The position numbers and the translations under genes were made by a program. A stretch of DNA of 64,000 bases from Amylibacter sp. (GTDB lineage: Bacteria; Pseudomonadota; Alphaproteobacteria; Rhodobacterales; Rhodobacteraceae), in assembly GCA_965206885.1 (NCBI GenBank), contig CBDBLJ010000002.1, forward strand, positions 18,459-82,458, read 5' to 3'. The notes beneath the pieces are model-generated. The model saw only the letters and a program-made list of their open reading frames with translations, was not told the DNA's origin and searched no databases. Below are positions 30,582 through 40,035 of the stretch, one piece after another; the first letter of the stretch is position 1; the number at the start of each line of letters is the position of its first letter.

Positions 30582-31619
30582 TTATTTAAATGCTGGCATC
30601 ACTTCGTTACAGAACAATTCCAATGATCGTTTCTGCGAAGCCATATCCAAACCAAAGCTTGAATAGAAAATAAATTCATCTACGCCCAAAGCTTCATATC
30701 GTTTGAGTTTTTGGATAACTGTATCAGGAGAGCCAAACATAAGATTTTCTTCCAGCATTGCTGGATCGTATTGCTCACGGCCTTCCAAATCGGACAGTGC
30801 AATTTCCTTGGGGAAGCCATCTTTCACATCGCCAAGATTGCGATAAAGATTTTCGAATTGTCCTAAAACACGCGTGATTGCGTTGATAGCATTGTCGCGC
30901 CCAGCATCATTTTCGTAAACGCAGGCGTGACGCATCATTGCAAAAATTGGATTGGCTTTTCCGCCCGATTTGACGATCGCCTCATCCAAGGGCTTTTTGT
31001 AAAGCTCAGCTTCCTCAAATGGACGGGTGAACGGCCACGACATAATGTTGCAATCATTCTCGATAGCATAATCAAACGTAATCGGAGAACGCGCTGCCGC
31101 CCATAACCGCGGATAAGGTTTTTGAATTGGTTTTGGTACAGACGTAGATGTCGGGAAATTCCAATATTCACCATCATGGGCATAATCGCCCTTCCAAAGC
31201 GCCTTTAGCGCTGGCAGCATCTCTTGCATATAACGCCAACCATCTGATTGTTTTACGCCCGGCATCATACGGTCAAATTCGCGCTGATAAGCACCTGAAC
31301 CAATGCCAAACTCCAATCGCCCGCCGCTGATCAAATCCAAGAATGCAGCTTCACCAGCTAGATTGATTGGGTGCCAGTACGCCGCTGTAGCTACAGCCGT
31401 CCCAAGACGAATAGTATCAGTTTCCCCTGCCCACCAAGTTAAAATTTGAAACGGATTGGGCGCAATTGTCATCTCTAGGGCATGGTGTTCTGCTGCCCAA
31501 ACAATATTGAAGCCACCGCGCTCCGCTAGTTGCACCATCTCGATGGTGTGGCGTTGCAGTTCATTCATATCAACGCTTGCATCCAAACGCTCTAGGTTAA
31601 TTGCTAGTTGAAATTTCAT
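30582..31619 (-). CDS. Luciferase-like (LLM) flavin-dependent monooxygenase, TgnB/HomA-like
   Basis: AEHH...TIAPNPF, RLGT.......WHPI.LAGEAA..D.IS.GRLE.GI..GAY..E..RM.PG resembles recalled trigonelline monooxygenase TgnB. Confidence 0.8.
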   Translation of the reverse strand: MKFQLAINLERLDASVDMNELQRHTIEMVQLAERGGFNIVWAAEHHALEMTIAPNPFQILTWWAGETDTIRLGTAVATAAYWHPINLAGEAAFLDLISGGRLEFGIGSGAYQREFDRMMPGVKQSDGWRYMQEMLPALKALWKGDYAHDGEYWNFPTSTSVPKPIQKPYPRLWAAARSPITFDYAIENDCNIMSWPFTRPFEEAELYKKPLDEAIVKSGGKANPIFAMMRHACVYENDAGRDNAINAITRVLGQFENLYRNLGDVKDGFPKEIALSDLEGREQYDPAMLEENLMFGSPDTVIQKLKRYEALGVDEFIFYSSFGLDMASQKRSLELFCNEVMPAFK

Positions 31620-31635
31620 AATATCTTCCTTTATA

Positions 31636-33117
31636 TCAGCGCATTACAAAAGGATTAGCCATAGGCTCATCCGATGTATTGACCCATATTGTTTTTGGAC
31701 GTGTGTAATCATACATAGCCTGGAAACCACTTTCGCGGCCATATCCTGACCCTTTCACACCACCAAACTCTGCGATTGGGGACACAACACGGTAAGTATT
31801 CACCCAGACAATCCCTGCACGCACAGCATCCGCCATTCGCAAAGAGCGCGCTCCATCTTTCGTAAAGATACCTGCAGCCAATCCATGCTCCGTATCATTC
31901 GCCAATTCGATAACTTCTTCTTCGGTCTTAAACCTTTGAACGCTCAATACTGGGCCAAACAGTTCTGTATCAACGATGCGCATATCCTGATTAGGGCACT
32001 CAATAATGGTAGGCTCATAAAACAGCCCATCCATGCCTTCAGGACGTTTTCCGCCCGCTAGAACTTTACCACCTTCACTTTTAGCAAAAGCAACTTCGCG
32101 CTCGATGTTTTCCAACTGACCAACTGTGCAAAGCGGGCCCATCTGGGTCTCTTCTAACAATGGATCACCGATGCGGATTTGGCGCGTCAATTTCAACATA
32201 TGTTCCAGAAACTCATCCGCAATATCTTCGTGCAAATACAACCGTGATCCTGCCACGCAACTTTGACCCGCAGCCCCGAAAATTCCTGCAATTGAGCCGT
32301 TAACCGCACTCTCAATGTTGGCATCATCGAATACGATAAAGGGGGATTTTCCACCCAACTCCAATGAAACTTCAGCAAAGTTCTGTTTAGAATTATCAAG
32401 GACATGGCGCGCCGCATTGGGGCCGCCTGTAAAGGATATACGCGCGACCAATGGATGTGATGTCAACGCGCGACCGCAAGGTTCTCCATGGCCTGATACA
32501 ATATTCACAACACCTGGTGGAAAACCCGCCTCTTCGATCAATTGGCCAAATTCCAACATAGCAGCAGAGGCATATTCCGAAGCCTTTAATACCACCGTAT
32601 TTCCCGCAGCTAAAGCTGGGCCAATTTTGACAGCCACCAAAAACAATTGTGAATTCCAAGGAACAACTGCGGCAACAACACCTAATGGCTCACGTTTGGT
32701 AAATACAAAAAGATCAGGCTTATCAATCGGCAGAGTTTCCCCGCTAATCTTATCTGCACAACCTGCATAAAACTGGAAAAACTCAGCGATGTATTTCGCC
32801 TGCCAACGTGTCTCTTTCAGCATCTTGCCAGTATCCACTGACTCGGTACGTCCCAATTCTTCCGATTTATCAGCCAATAACTCTGCAAGTTTGCGCAGAC
32901 ATTTACCACGCTCAGTTGGTGTCATTTTGGACCATGGCCCCGTTGAAAATGCCTTATGTGCAGCGCGTACAGCCTGATCAATATCTTTTTCAGTTGCTTC
33001 GGGTACTTGCGACCATATCTCTCCAGTTGATGGGTTGATGCTGTCAAACATCTTGCCATCAGATGCATCAACCCAATTGCCGTCTATTAACATTTTGTAC
33101 TTCTGAATATTTGTCAC
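31636..33117 (-). CDS. Aldehyde dehydrogenase, TgnC/HomC-like
   Basis: VPWNSQLF..AVK.GPALAAG, FTGGP, LELGGKSPFIVF, GQSCVAGSRL, TELFGPVLSV and C-terminal PFVMR, as recalled for TgnC. Confidence 0.85.
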   Translation of the reverse strand: MTNIQKYKMLIDGNWVDASDGKMFDSINPSTGEIWSQVPEATEKDIDQAVRAAHKAFSTGPWSKMTPTERGKCLRKLAELLADKSEELGRTESVDTGKMLKETRWQAKYIAEFFQFYAGCADKISGETLPIDKPDLFVFTKREPLGVVAAVVPWNSQLFLVAVKIGPALAAGNTVVLKASEYASAAMLEFGQLIEEAGFPPGVVNIVSGHGEPCGRALTSHPLVARISFTGGPNAARHVLDNSKQNFAEVSLELGGKSPFIVFDDANIESAVNGSIAGIFGAAGQSCVAGSRLYLHEDIADEFLEHMLKLTRQIRIGDPLLEETQMGPLCTVGQLENIEREVAFAKSEGGKVLAGGKRPEGMDGLFYEPTIIECPNQDMRIVDTELFGPVLSVQRFKTEEEVIELANDTEHGLAAGIFTKDGARSLRMADAVRAGIVWVNTYRVVSPIAEFGGVKGSGYGRESGFQAMYDYTRPKTIWVNTSDEPMANPFVMR

Positions 33118-33364
33118 AAGGCGCTCCCCTATAGTCCGTTGATTCCCATCCTCAATCTGTTTTTGATTTCAGTAATACGATTTTTCGACACTCAATGGCT
33201 AAAAAACATACCTTTGAGATAAAGTAGCGAAAGAATGAACTTAGCTAAATCAGAACCATCGCAACTTAAAACAGCTCTAACAACCGGCTCGCCACGCAAG
33301 TGACAAACAATATCATCGATTTGAGCTATTTAAGAGCCCGTCGAATTTGAGTACAATTATTCAG

Positions 33365-34483
33365 CTACAAAACCAGAGCTTCGCGGCCAACGTCATTTAA
33401 GTCTGGCAATCCAAGTTGAGCCAGTGTGATACTGGTTTCTTCCGCAAGTAGATTGGTCATTTCTTGAAGTCCAGTGTTACCGCCAGCTGCCATCGCAAAC
33501 GAGAGTGGTCTTCCCAAAAAAACAAAGTTTGCACCCATTGCATAGGCCTTTACGACGTCCTCACCGCTTCGAATTCCACTGTCATAAAAAAGCGGGAAGT
33601 CAACTCCAACAGCATCGCGGATTTCCCGCAATGCTAAAATTGCAGGTGGCGCACTATCAAGTTGCCTACCACCATGACTGGACACCTGAATAGCATCCAC
33701 CCCCAGAGATTGAAGTTTGACGGCATCGTCAGCGCTTAGAACCCCTTTGACGACAAGGTTACCTTTCCACCTTTGGCGAATTTTCGACAAAAGCTCCCAA
33801 TTGGCTCCAGCTCGACTACCAGCTCTGTCGAACTCTCCAAAGTCACCGCCAAAATTCGCAAGCTTTGGCTGGCCGTTAAAAAGCTGTGACAAGGACCAAC
33901 TAGGGTGGCAGGCAAAATCTAGAAATTGTGCAGGCCCTATTTTGAACGGCATTTTAAAACCACGCCTAAGTTCGCGTGGCCTTCTACCAACTTCAGGAAC
34001 ATCCACGGTCAAAATAAGGGTTTTGTATCCAGCCGCCTCGGCCCTATCTATAAGTTTGTCTGATCCAACAAGCGAACCGCTGACATACAATTGAAACCAA
34101 GCATTGCCTTCGGCAGCGTTTATCATGTCCTCAAGTGAGGTCGATGCGACTGTCGAAACGCCCACAGGAATGTGGTGTTTTGCGGCGAGTTTTGCCAACA
34201 TCATATCAGCAGAGGGGGATGCAAGATTGCACATTCCCATCGGGCTGATCCCAAAAGGCAGGCCGCATTTCCCCCCAAAAAGAGTAGTGGATATATTGCG
34301 ATGTTCCACATCATTCAGAATACGCGGTTGGAGTCTGAGAGAGTGCAAAGCGTTACGGTTCAATTCCTCTCCATAGCCAGTGCCCGCTGCACCATCTATA
34401 TAATCAAATATCATCCATGGAAGCCGTTTTTTGGCGACCCGATGCGCGTCCTCATACGAATGAATAGTAGTGTCGAAAAGCAT
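33365..34483 (-). CDS. slcD: FMN-dependent alpha-hydroxy-acid dehydrogenase; candidate sulfolactate dehydrogenase
   Basis: FDYIDGAA, SPMG, WFQLY, VVKGVL and SHGGRQLD motifs; in an operon with comDE and a TTT transporter. Confidence 0.7.
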   Translation of the reverse strand: MLFDTTIHSYEDAHRVAKKRLPWMIFDYIDGAAGTGYGEELNRNALHSLRLQPRILNDVEHRNISTTLFGGKCGLPFGISPMGMCNLASPSADMMLAKLAAKHHIPVGVSTVASTSLEDMINAAEGNAWFQLYVSGSLVGSDKLIDRAEAAGYKTLILTVDVPEVGRRPRELRRGFKMPFKIGPAQFLDFACHPSWSLSQLFNGQPKLANFGGDFGEFDRAGSRAGANWELLSKIRQRWKGNLVVKGVLSADDAVKLQSLGVDAIQVSSHGGRQLDSAPPAILALREIRDAVGVDFPLFYDSGIRSGEDVVKAYAMGANFVFLGRPLSFAMAAGGNTGLQEMTNLLAEETSITLAQLGLPDLNDVGREALVL

Positions 34484-34549
34484 GGTTAAGCATTCTTGGT
34501 TGGTTATCGAATAGGCTCACGCCCAAGCAAAAGTTGGCACATTGTTGTG

Positions 34550-35008
34550 CTAAGGTAACGGTACATCAAGCACAAATTTAAACAGGACAAAAAAGGCGAT
34601 CATAATCAATGCACCACACCCCCAATAGAGAGCGGCAATTTTGATGGACCATTGGTCATGCATAGCCGCAATCAGGCCACCAGAAAAGGCAATTATACCA
34701 GCTGGTAGAAAGCCAATAACTGGCATCGTAAAACAGGTAAAAAACATAGCGCCAAGTAAAAACAGGCGACGCCACCATATTCCATGGCCAAATCCACCAT
34801 CGTTGGACGGTTTTAAAAATCGCGTTATGAATGAAATTGCTGCAGTAACGATAAGAACAACAGCCACGGTTTGCGGAAACACTTGGCTGTCTTTGTCTGT
34901 ATAACTGGTTGTGTCATAAAGAGTAATAACACCCGTAATAACAAAGAGAGCCGAGACAATTAACGACCCAATGTCTCCTTGGGATTTCGAGGTAGGTGAA
35001 TTGTTCAT
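34550..35008 (-). CDS. tctB: Tripartite tricarboxylate transporter small subunit TctB (SlcG-like)
   Basis: Four hydrophobic segments, GFLPA and C-terminal LDVPLP; TAATG overlap with the tctA stop. Confidence 0.8.
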   Translation of the reverse strand: MNNSPTSKSQGDIGSLIVSALFVITGVITLYDTTSYTDKDSQVFPQTVAVVLIVTAAISFITRFLKPSNDGGFGHGIWWRRLFLLGAMFFTCFTMPVIGFLPAGIIAFSGGLIAAMHDQWSIKIAALYWGCGALIMIAFFVLFKFVLDVPLP

Positions 35009-36502
35009 TATTCCGTCTCCATAGTGGTTTTCTTTTGCTTCCACGCCATGAAAATCGGTAGGAATAAAGTAATCAGCGTAAATGCAAGAATCGCTTGGGA
35101 AATAGGGCGCCCAAAAAACATACCAAATAGGTTATGGGTCGCAGCTCCGATAATCCAACCTTGAACAAACCCTTGTTCTGCAATGGGGCCAAGGATAAGG
35201 CCCAGAACAATGGGTGACGCTGCAAAGCCAAATCGCGAAATCAGCCACCCGAAGATACCAAGGCACAGCATTATGATGACGTCTGATACACTATTGCGGA
35301 TTGCAAAGGTACCGATGATGGTCATGAAAGCAACTGAAAACTGCCTTTGGGATAGTCACGATAGATTTGTAGGCGTAGCGCCCAATCAACAGTCCTGCGG
35401 GCAACATCAGGATAGTTGCTATAATCAATCCATAGATGAACGTATATACAATCGAACGGCTTTGCTGAAACATCGCAGGGCCCGTGCGTACACCCTGAAC
35501 AAGTAGTGCCCCCAAAACGATTGCATCAGGTGGCGTACCAGGAATTCCAAGCACAAGTGTTGGGATAAAGCCACCGCCAACGGTCGCATTATTAGCTGAT
35601 TCAGTAGCGATAATTCCATCAGGCTCGCCTTCGCCAAATTTTTGATGCGGTTTGGCTGTGCGTTTCGCTTCCGAATAGGCAACTAAGCCTGCGACAGACC
35701 CACCTGCACCAGGTAAAATTCCGACCAGAGTTCCAATTATAGATGAACGGATAAGGTTGAACTTTGAGCGCATGGCAAGTCGGAATGCCTCGCCAATTCT
35801 GACTGATTTGACGTTCTCTTCAACTTGCAAATGCCTGTCGGGAACCGCAACAAGATCAATCAACACGGGAATACAATAAAGCCCGATCAAAGCACCAACC
35901 ACACCAAAGCCGCCGATCATGACCTGACTACCAAAAGTCAGCCGAATGTCTGCGGAAATCTCTGCAACACCCACAGTTGACAGGATCATACCGAACGCAC
36001 CCCCTGCGAGACCTTTCATTAGGTTGCCAGTTGACATAGATGCAATCAGAGACAACCCGAAAATGGATAACCAAAAATATTCAATGGGGCCAAAGGCTAG
36101 AGCAACCTTTGACAAAGGTGGAGCAAGCAAAAGCAGCGCAACAGCGCCCACCATCCCACCAAAAACTGAAGCAAAACAAGCAAGAGCAACAGCGAGATCA
36201 CCATCACCCCGCTTGGCCATAGGATATCCGTCAAATGTTGTTGCAATCGCAGATGGTGTCCCTGGCGTATTCAACAAAATAGCAGCGTAAGCTCCACCAT
36301 AGATGGCCCCAGTATATATCGCACCTAAGAGAATAAGGGCAGAAGCTGGTTCCATGCTAAACGTGATTGGCACCAGAACCGCCAGTGCCATAGTCGCGGT
36401 TAAACCAGGAATGGAACCAACAATTGTTCCCGCAACAACACCAAACAATGCTAACGCAAGATTGAAGGGTGTCATTGCCGATAAAAAGTGACCCAATTCC
36501 AT
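35008..36502 (-). pseudogene. tctA: TTT large subunit TctA (SlcF-like), frameshifted near 35335
   Basis: GSIPGL, GGAYAAILLNTPGTP, ESANNA and LGIPGTP motifs; the C-terminal ~110 aa (…AFMTIIGTFAIRNS…PIVLGLILGPIAE) lies in another frame. Confidence 0.85.
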
Positions 36503-36531
36503 ACGTAATCTCCCAGTTTAACCAATCGCAA

Positions 36532-37485
36532 TTATTTGATCAGCCCAGCCTCACGAGCGTCTTTCAAATACTCTTCAACACGCGCAGCCATAAAATCAGT
36601 CATCCCATCAGCACCGACATCCAGCATTGCAAAACCGCCATCCAGCATCTTTTGTTGGAACGCTGCGTCCGCATTAATTTCAGCGGTCATATCAGACCAC
36701 ATTTTTGTGGTTTCAGCACTTGCAGTATTTGGCAACGCAATGCCACGATAGGCACCACCAGTCATATCATATCCAAGCTCTTTGAAAGTCGGCACGTCAG
36801 GAAACAACGGATGACGCTCGTCCATTGCCACTGCTAGCATACGTACAGCATCCCCTTGCTTGGCACCCACAGTTGTATACCCCCACTCTGCCTTGGTTTG
36901 CTTTCCAAGCAGAGCCGTGACTGCAGCCCCTGTTCCTTTAAACGGTACATAGGTCGTCAGAGTACCTGCCAACTTGTCAAACTTGATTTGTGCCAAATGG
37001 TTTGCACTGGCTTTTCCTGAGCCCGACAGTGTCACTTCGCCTGGATGCGCCTTTGCATCAGCAATGAGATCAGCAAGTGTCTGATAGGGGCTGTCAGCAG
37101 TCACTACAATTGCATCAGGTGTAAAATGAAACATATAAAATGTATTTAAATCCGCAGTCTTAAAACCCACATCTTTTTGCGCAGGTTTGATGATGATATG
37201 GGGCAAGTTTACACCCATGATGGTTTTACCGTCGTCATTTAAACCGTTCAAAGATGCCCAACCGACTGCACCTCCGCCGCCTGGCTGGTAAGAGATTACC
37301 ATGTCTTGGCCGAACTTATCCTTGAAGAATGGCTGTTGAAGTCGCGCGGAAATATCAGATTCTCCGCCAGGCCCAAAGGGTATGACATAATTCACAGGGC
37401 CATCTATATCGGCCAATGCGGGTGTACTAAAAGTTACCGCAATCACAATTGCTACACTTGCTTTTAGGATTGATTTTCTCAGCAT
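36532..37485 (-). CDS. tctC: TTT substrate-binding protein TctC (SlcH-like)
   Basis: Signal peptide; IPFGPGGESD, PGGGG, VPFKG, PDVPTFKELG motifs; RBS GGGAGG before ATG 37485. Confidence 0.85.
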   Translation of the reverse strand: MLRKSILKASVAIVIAVTFSTPALADIDGPVNYVIPFGPGGESDISARLQQPFFKDKFGQDMVISYQPGGGGAVGWASLNGLNDDGKTIMGVNLPHIIIKPAQKDVGFKTADLNTFYMFHFTPDAIVVTADSPYQTLADLIADAKAHPGEVTLSGSGKASANHLAQIKFDKLAGTLTTYVPFKGTGAAVTALLGKQTKAEWGYTTVGAKQGDAVRMLAVAMDERHPLFPDVPTFKELGYDMTGGAYRGIALPNTASAETTKMWSDMTAEINADAAFQQKMLDGGFAMLDVGADGMTDFMAARVEEYLKDAREAGLIK

Positions 37486-37530
37486 ATTGTTCCTCCCTAT
37501 AATGCTGTTCATTCAGTCTTCGTAATTCTG

Positions 37531-38094
37531 TTAGGTATTTCTTTCTTGTAAGGCGGTCATAAAACGATCACGAATAGTCACTGGATCTTTGGTGATTACT
37601 GGGACTGGGATATTACCTGATTGGCATTTACACACGATAATGGTCATCTTATCGCTCGCCAGCGCGTCTCGCATTACATCGGCACATTCTTCTGCTTGGC
37701 ACTCAACAACTGTTTCACAACCACATGCCATGGCAACAGCCGTAAGCGAGGTTTTTTTACCCGCGTAGGTTGGTTGATCCCCAGTTGATCCATAACTGCC
37801 ATTGTCAATGATCAGCAAAATGAAATTGTCGGCTACATTGTTCGCGATAGTCGGCAAAGTGCCGAAGTTTGTTAGAACAGAACCGTCGCCATCTATTGAT
37901 ATCACTTTTTGTTTTTGAGCCAGCGCGACTCCTAAGCCGATTGAAGAAGATAGACCCATCGTCCCCAGCATATAGAAGTTGGTTGGTTGATCGTCCATCA
38001 TATGCATTTCCTGACTGGGTAACCCAATATTACACACGACAAAATGATCTGAGATAACAGGAATAATATCTTTTAAGACTTCAGAGCGGATCAT
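37531..38094 (-). CDS. comE: Sulfopyruvate decarboxylase beta subunit
   Basis: VVCNIGLPSQE, NFYMLGTMGL..SIGLG, ThDP motif DGDGS..........IIDNGSYGSTGDQ. Confidence 0.9.
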   Translation of the reverse strand: MIRSEVLKDIIPVISDHFVVCNIGLPSQEMHMMDDQPTNFYMLGTMGLSSSIGLGVALAQKQKVISIDGDGSVLTNFGTLPTIANNVADNFILLIIDNGSYGSTGDQPTYAGKKTSLTAVAMACGCETVVECQAEECADVMRDALASDKMTIIVCKCQSGNIPVPVITKDPVTIRDRFMTALQERNT

Positions 38095-38096
38095 TT

Positions 38097-38594
38097 TTAG
38101 TATCCTTTCCAGAAAGAGGCATCCGTCAGGATTGCGACTGGTTTGTTGCACATGAATGTGTATTTTAAAATCGAGTCCAATTCATCCGCGTCGGCTTCGT
38201 TGTGAAAATGATAGGTTGGGATATGCAATTGATTTAGCAGGGCTTTGGTATGCACAGCCATTTCCACTTGGCAGGCCACTGGTTCACCTAACTCACCACG
38301 GTAACTGATCAGCATTGGCAAAGGCATTCGGTAAAATTGTGTCAAGGTAACAAGAGTATTTACGGTCACACCAATGGCAGTATTTTGCATGATAATTGCT
38401 GAACGCTTCCCCCCCATAAAGGCACCAGCGCAAATTCCGATGCCTTCATCTTCTTTGTTTGAAGGGATGTGGTAAATATCCTCGCACGTATCAATTTTCT
38501 CGATGACCCCTGCCAGTTGCTTACATGGGACCGTTGTTACAAGTTCAATTTTATTGCTAACAAAATCAGCAACTATTTTATCATCTACCGCCAC
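38097..38594 (-). CDS. comD: Sulfopyruvate decarboxylase alpha subunit
   Basis: TVPC, NKEDEGIGICAGA.MGGK...IMQNT.IG, LPMLISYRGE.GE...CQVEM. Confidence 0.9.
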   Translation of the reverse strand: MAVDDKIVADFVSNKIELVTTVPCKQLAGVIEKIDTCEDIYHIPSNKEDEGIGICAGAFMGGKRSAIIMQNTAIGVTVNTLVTLTQFYRMPLPMLISYRGELGEPVACQVEMAVHTKALLNQLHIPTYHFHNEADADELDSILKYTFMCNKPVAILTDASFWKGY

Positions 38595-38688
38595 AATCGA
38601 CTCCTATTTAACTGTTGATTGCAGTCTTTATTTTCCAATAATTGGTTAAAACCACCAGCTTTTAGCTGGTCAGCTTTAGCGTTATTTA

Positions 38689-38756
38689 CATAAGGTTTCC
38701 TTCCATTTTAAGACCCAGCGTTGCGGTAAGGTCTTAAAATGGAAGGAAACCTTATG
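38689..38756 (+). promoter_or_regulatory. Perfect 27-bp stem hairpin covering the tnpA RBS and ATG (mirrored at 41583..41650)
   Basis: CATAAGGTTTCCTTCCATTTTAAGACC, 14-nt loop, then GGTCTTAAAATGGAAGGAAACCTTATG. Confidence 0.85.
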
Positions 38757-39173
38757 ATCTATTCTACTGGAAGTCATAGCAGATATTATCACAGATACCA
38801 TATCGTTTGGGTAACAAAATATCGTTACAAGGTGCTGCGTGGTGAAATGCGTGAGCGTATTCGGACATTGATACGACAAACGTGCAATGAATTGGGCGTA
38901 CACATTGAAAAAGGCGTATTGTCTACCGACCATGTGCATATGTTTGTGTCAGTCCCGCCGCACGTCCCAATTTCAAAGGTGATGCAACGCGTAAAAGGGA
39001 GGTCCTCATACAAGATACAGCGGGAGTACCCCGAATTACGCAAACGCTATTGGGGGCAACGGTTCTGGGCTAGAGGCTATTTTTCAACGACGAGTGGAAA
39101 TGTGACGGATGACGTTATTCGTCAGTATCTTGAATTACATTCAAAACGTGAACCTACCGACGAAAGTCGGTAG
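38754..39173 (+). CDS. tnpA: IS200/IS605 Y1 transposase TnpA
   Basis: YHIVWVTKYR, HUH motif DHVHM, KGRSS and FWARGYF. Confidence 0.93.
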   Translation: MIYSTGSHSRYYHRYHIVWVTKYRYKVLRGEMRERIRTLIRQTCNELGVHIEKGVLSTDHVHMFVSVPPHVPISKVMQRVKGRSSYKIQREYPELRKRYWGQRFWARGYFSTTSGNVTDDVIRQYLELHSKREPTDESR

Positions 39174-40035
39174 TTGTTCAGTAAAACTAAATTTAAATCT
39201 AACCATATATTTTTACGCATATGTAAAGCGTTACTTTACGTTTTAATGTAACCATGTCAGTTACCGTCATGTCCAAGGGGGATTTCTATGACAATTTCAT
39301 TATTCAAAACATTAATTGCGATCTCTGAATACGGTAGCTTTAGCGCTGCGGCGGATCAGGTATGTGTTACACATGCAGCCGTCGGACAACAAATGAAACG
39401 CTTAGAAGAATCCTTCAATGTTTCGCTTTTTGACCGCACCCTAAAGACACCAAGATTAAACCAGCTAGGCAAAGCATTGGTGCCAAAAGCGAAAGAAGTT
39501 GTGAATGCATATGAGACCATTTTAGATGACGTAACGGGTGACCCGAGATTGATCGGAGAGCTTACCCTCGGTGCTGTCCCCTCTACCATTCGTGGTCTCA
39601 TTCCTAGATCGGTTAAAAGACTGATGGAAATTTATCCCGACCTGCACATTCGTGTAGTTCCCGATCTTTCAGGAAATTTACTAGAGCAAGTCGAGCGTGG
39701 CTCTTTAGATGCAGCAGTCCTAAGTGAACCAACTCGAGTGCCCACTAATCTTAATTGGATGCCATTTGTTGAAGAAGAATTGGTTTTGCTAACCTCATCC
39801 GAAGTTACCGAAAACGACCCTATCCGCATTCTTGCAACGATGTCTTATATCCGACACACTCGGCAAGCCGCAGTTGGCATGTTGGCAGAAGAATGGTTGG
39901 CTAAAAACAATGTCACTGTGCACGACACAATGGAAATGGAATCGTTGGAAAATCTTTCCAGTATGGTTGCACACAATCTGGGTGTCTCGGTTGTTCCCAA
40001 CATTTGCATCCCTGACCCCATCTTTGCCCAACTTA

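Larger units (their letters stand above)
38635..39180 (+). mobile_element. IS200-family element (tnpA only), about 546 bp, copy 1
   Basis: Matches 41159..41704 in inverted orientation; subterminal hairpins at both ends; both copies are preceded by ATTTT; no TSD, as expected for Y1 elements. End positions are inferred. Confidence 0.88.

Noticed and set aside
33365-37485. TTT transporter and hydroxy-acid oxidase as part of the betaine/pyridinium island
   Set aside because: They are co-oriented and contiguous with comDE, matching the known sulfolactate cluster, and are separated from the ALDH by a 247-bp gap with its own candidate operator half-site.
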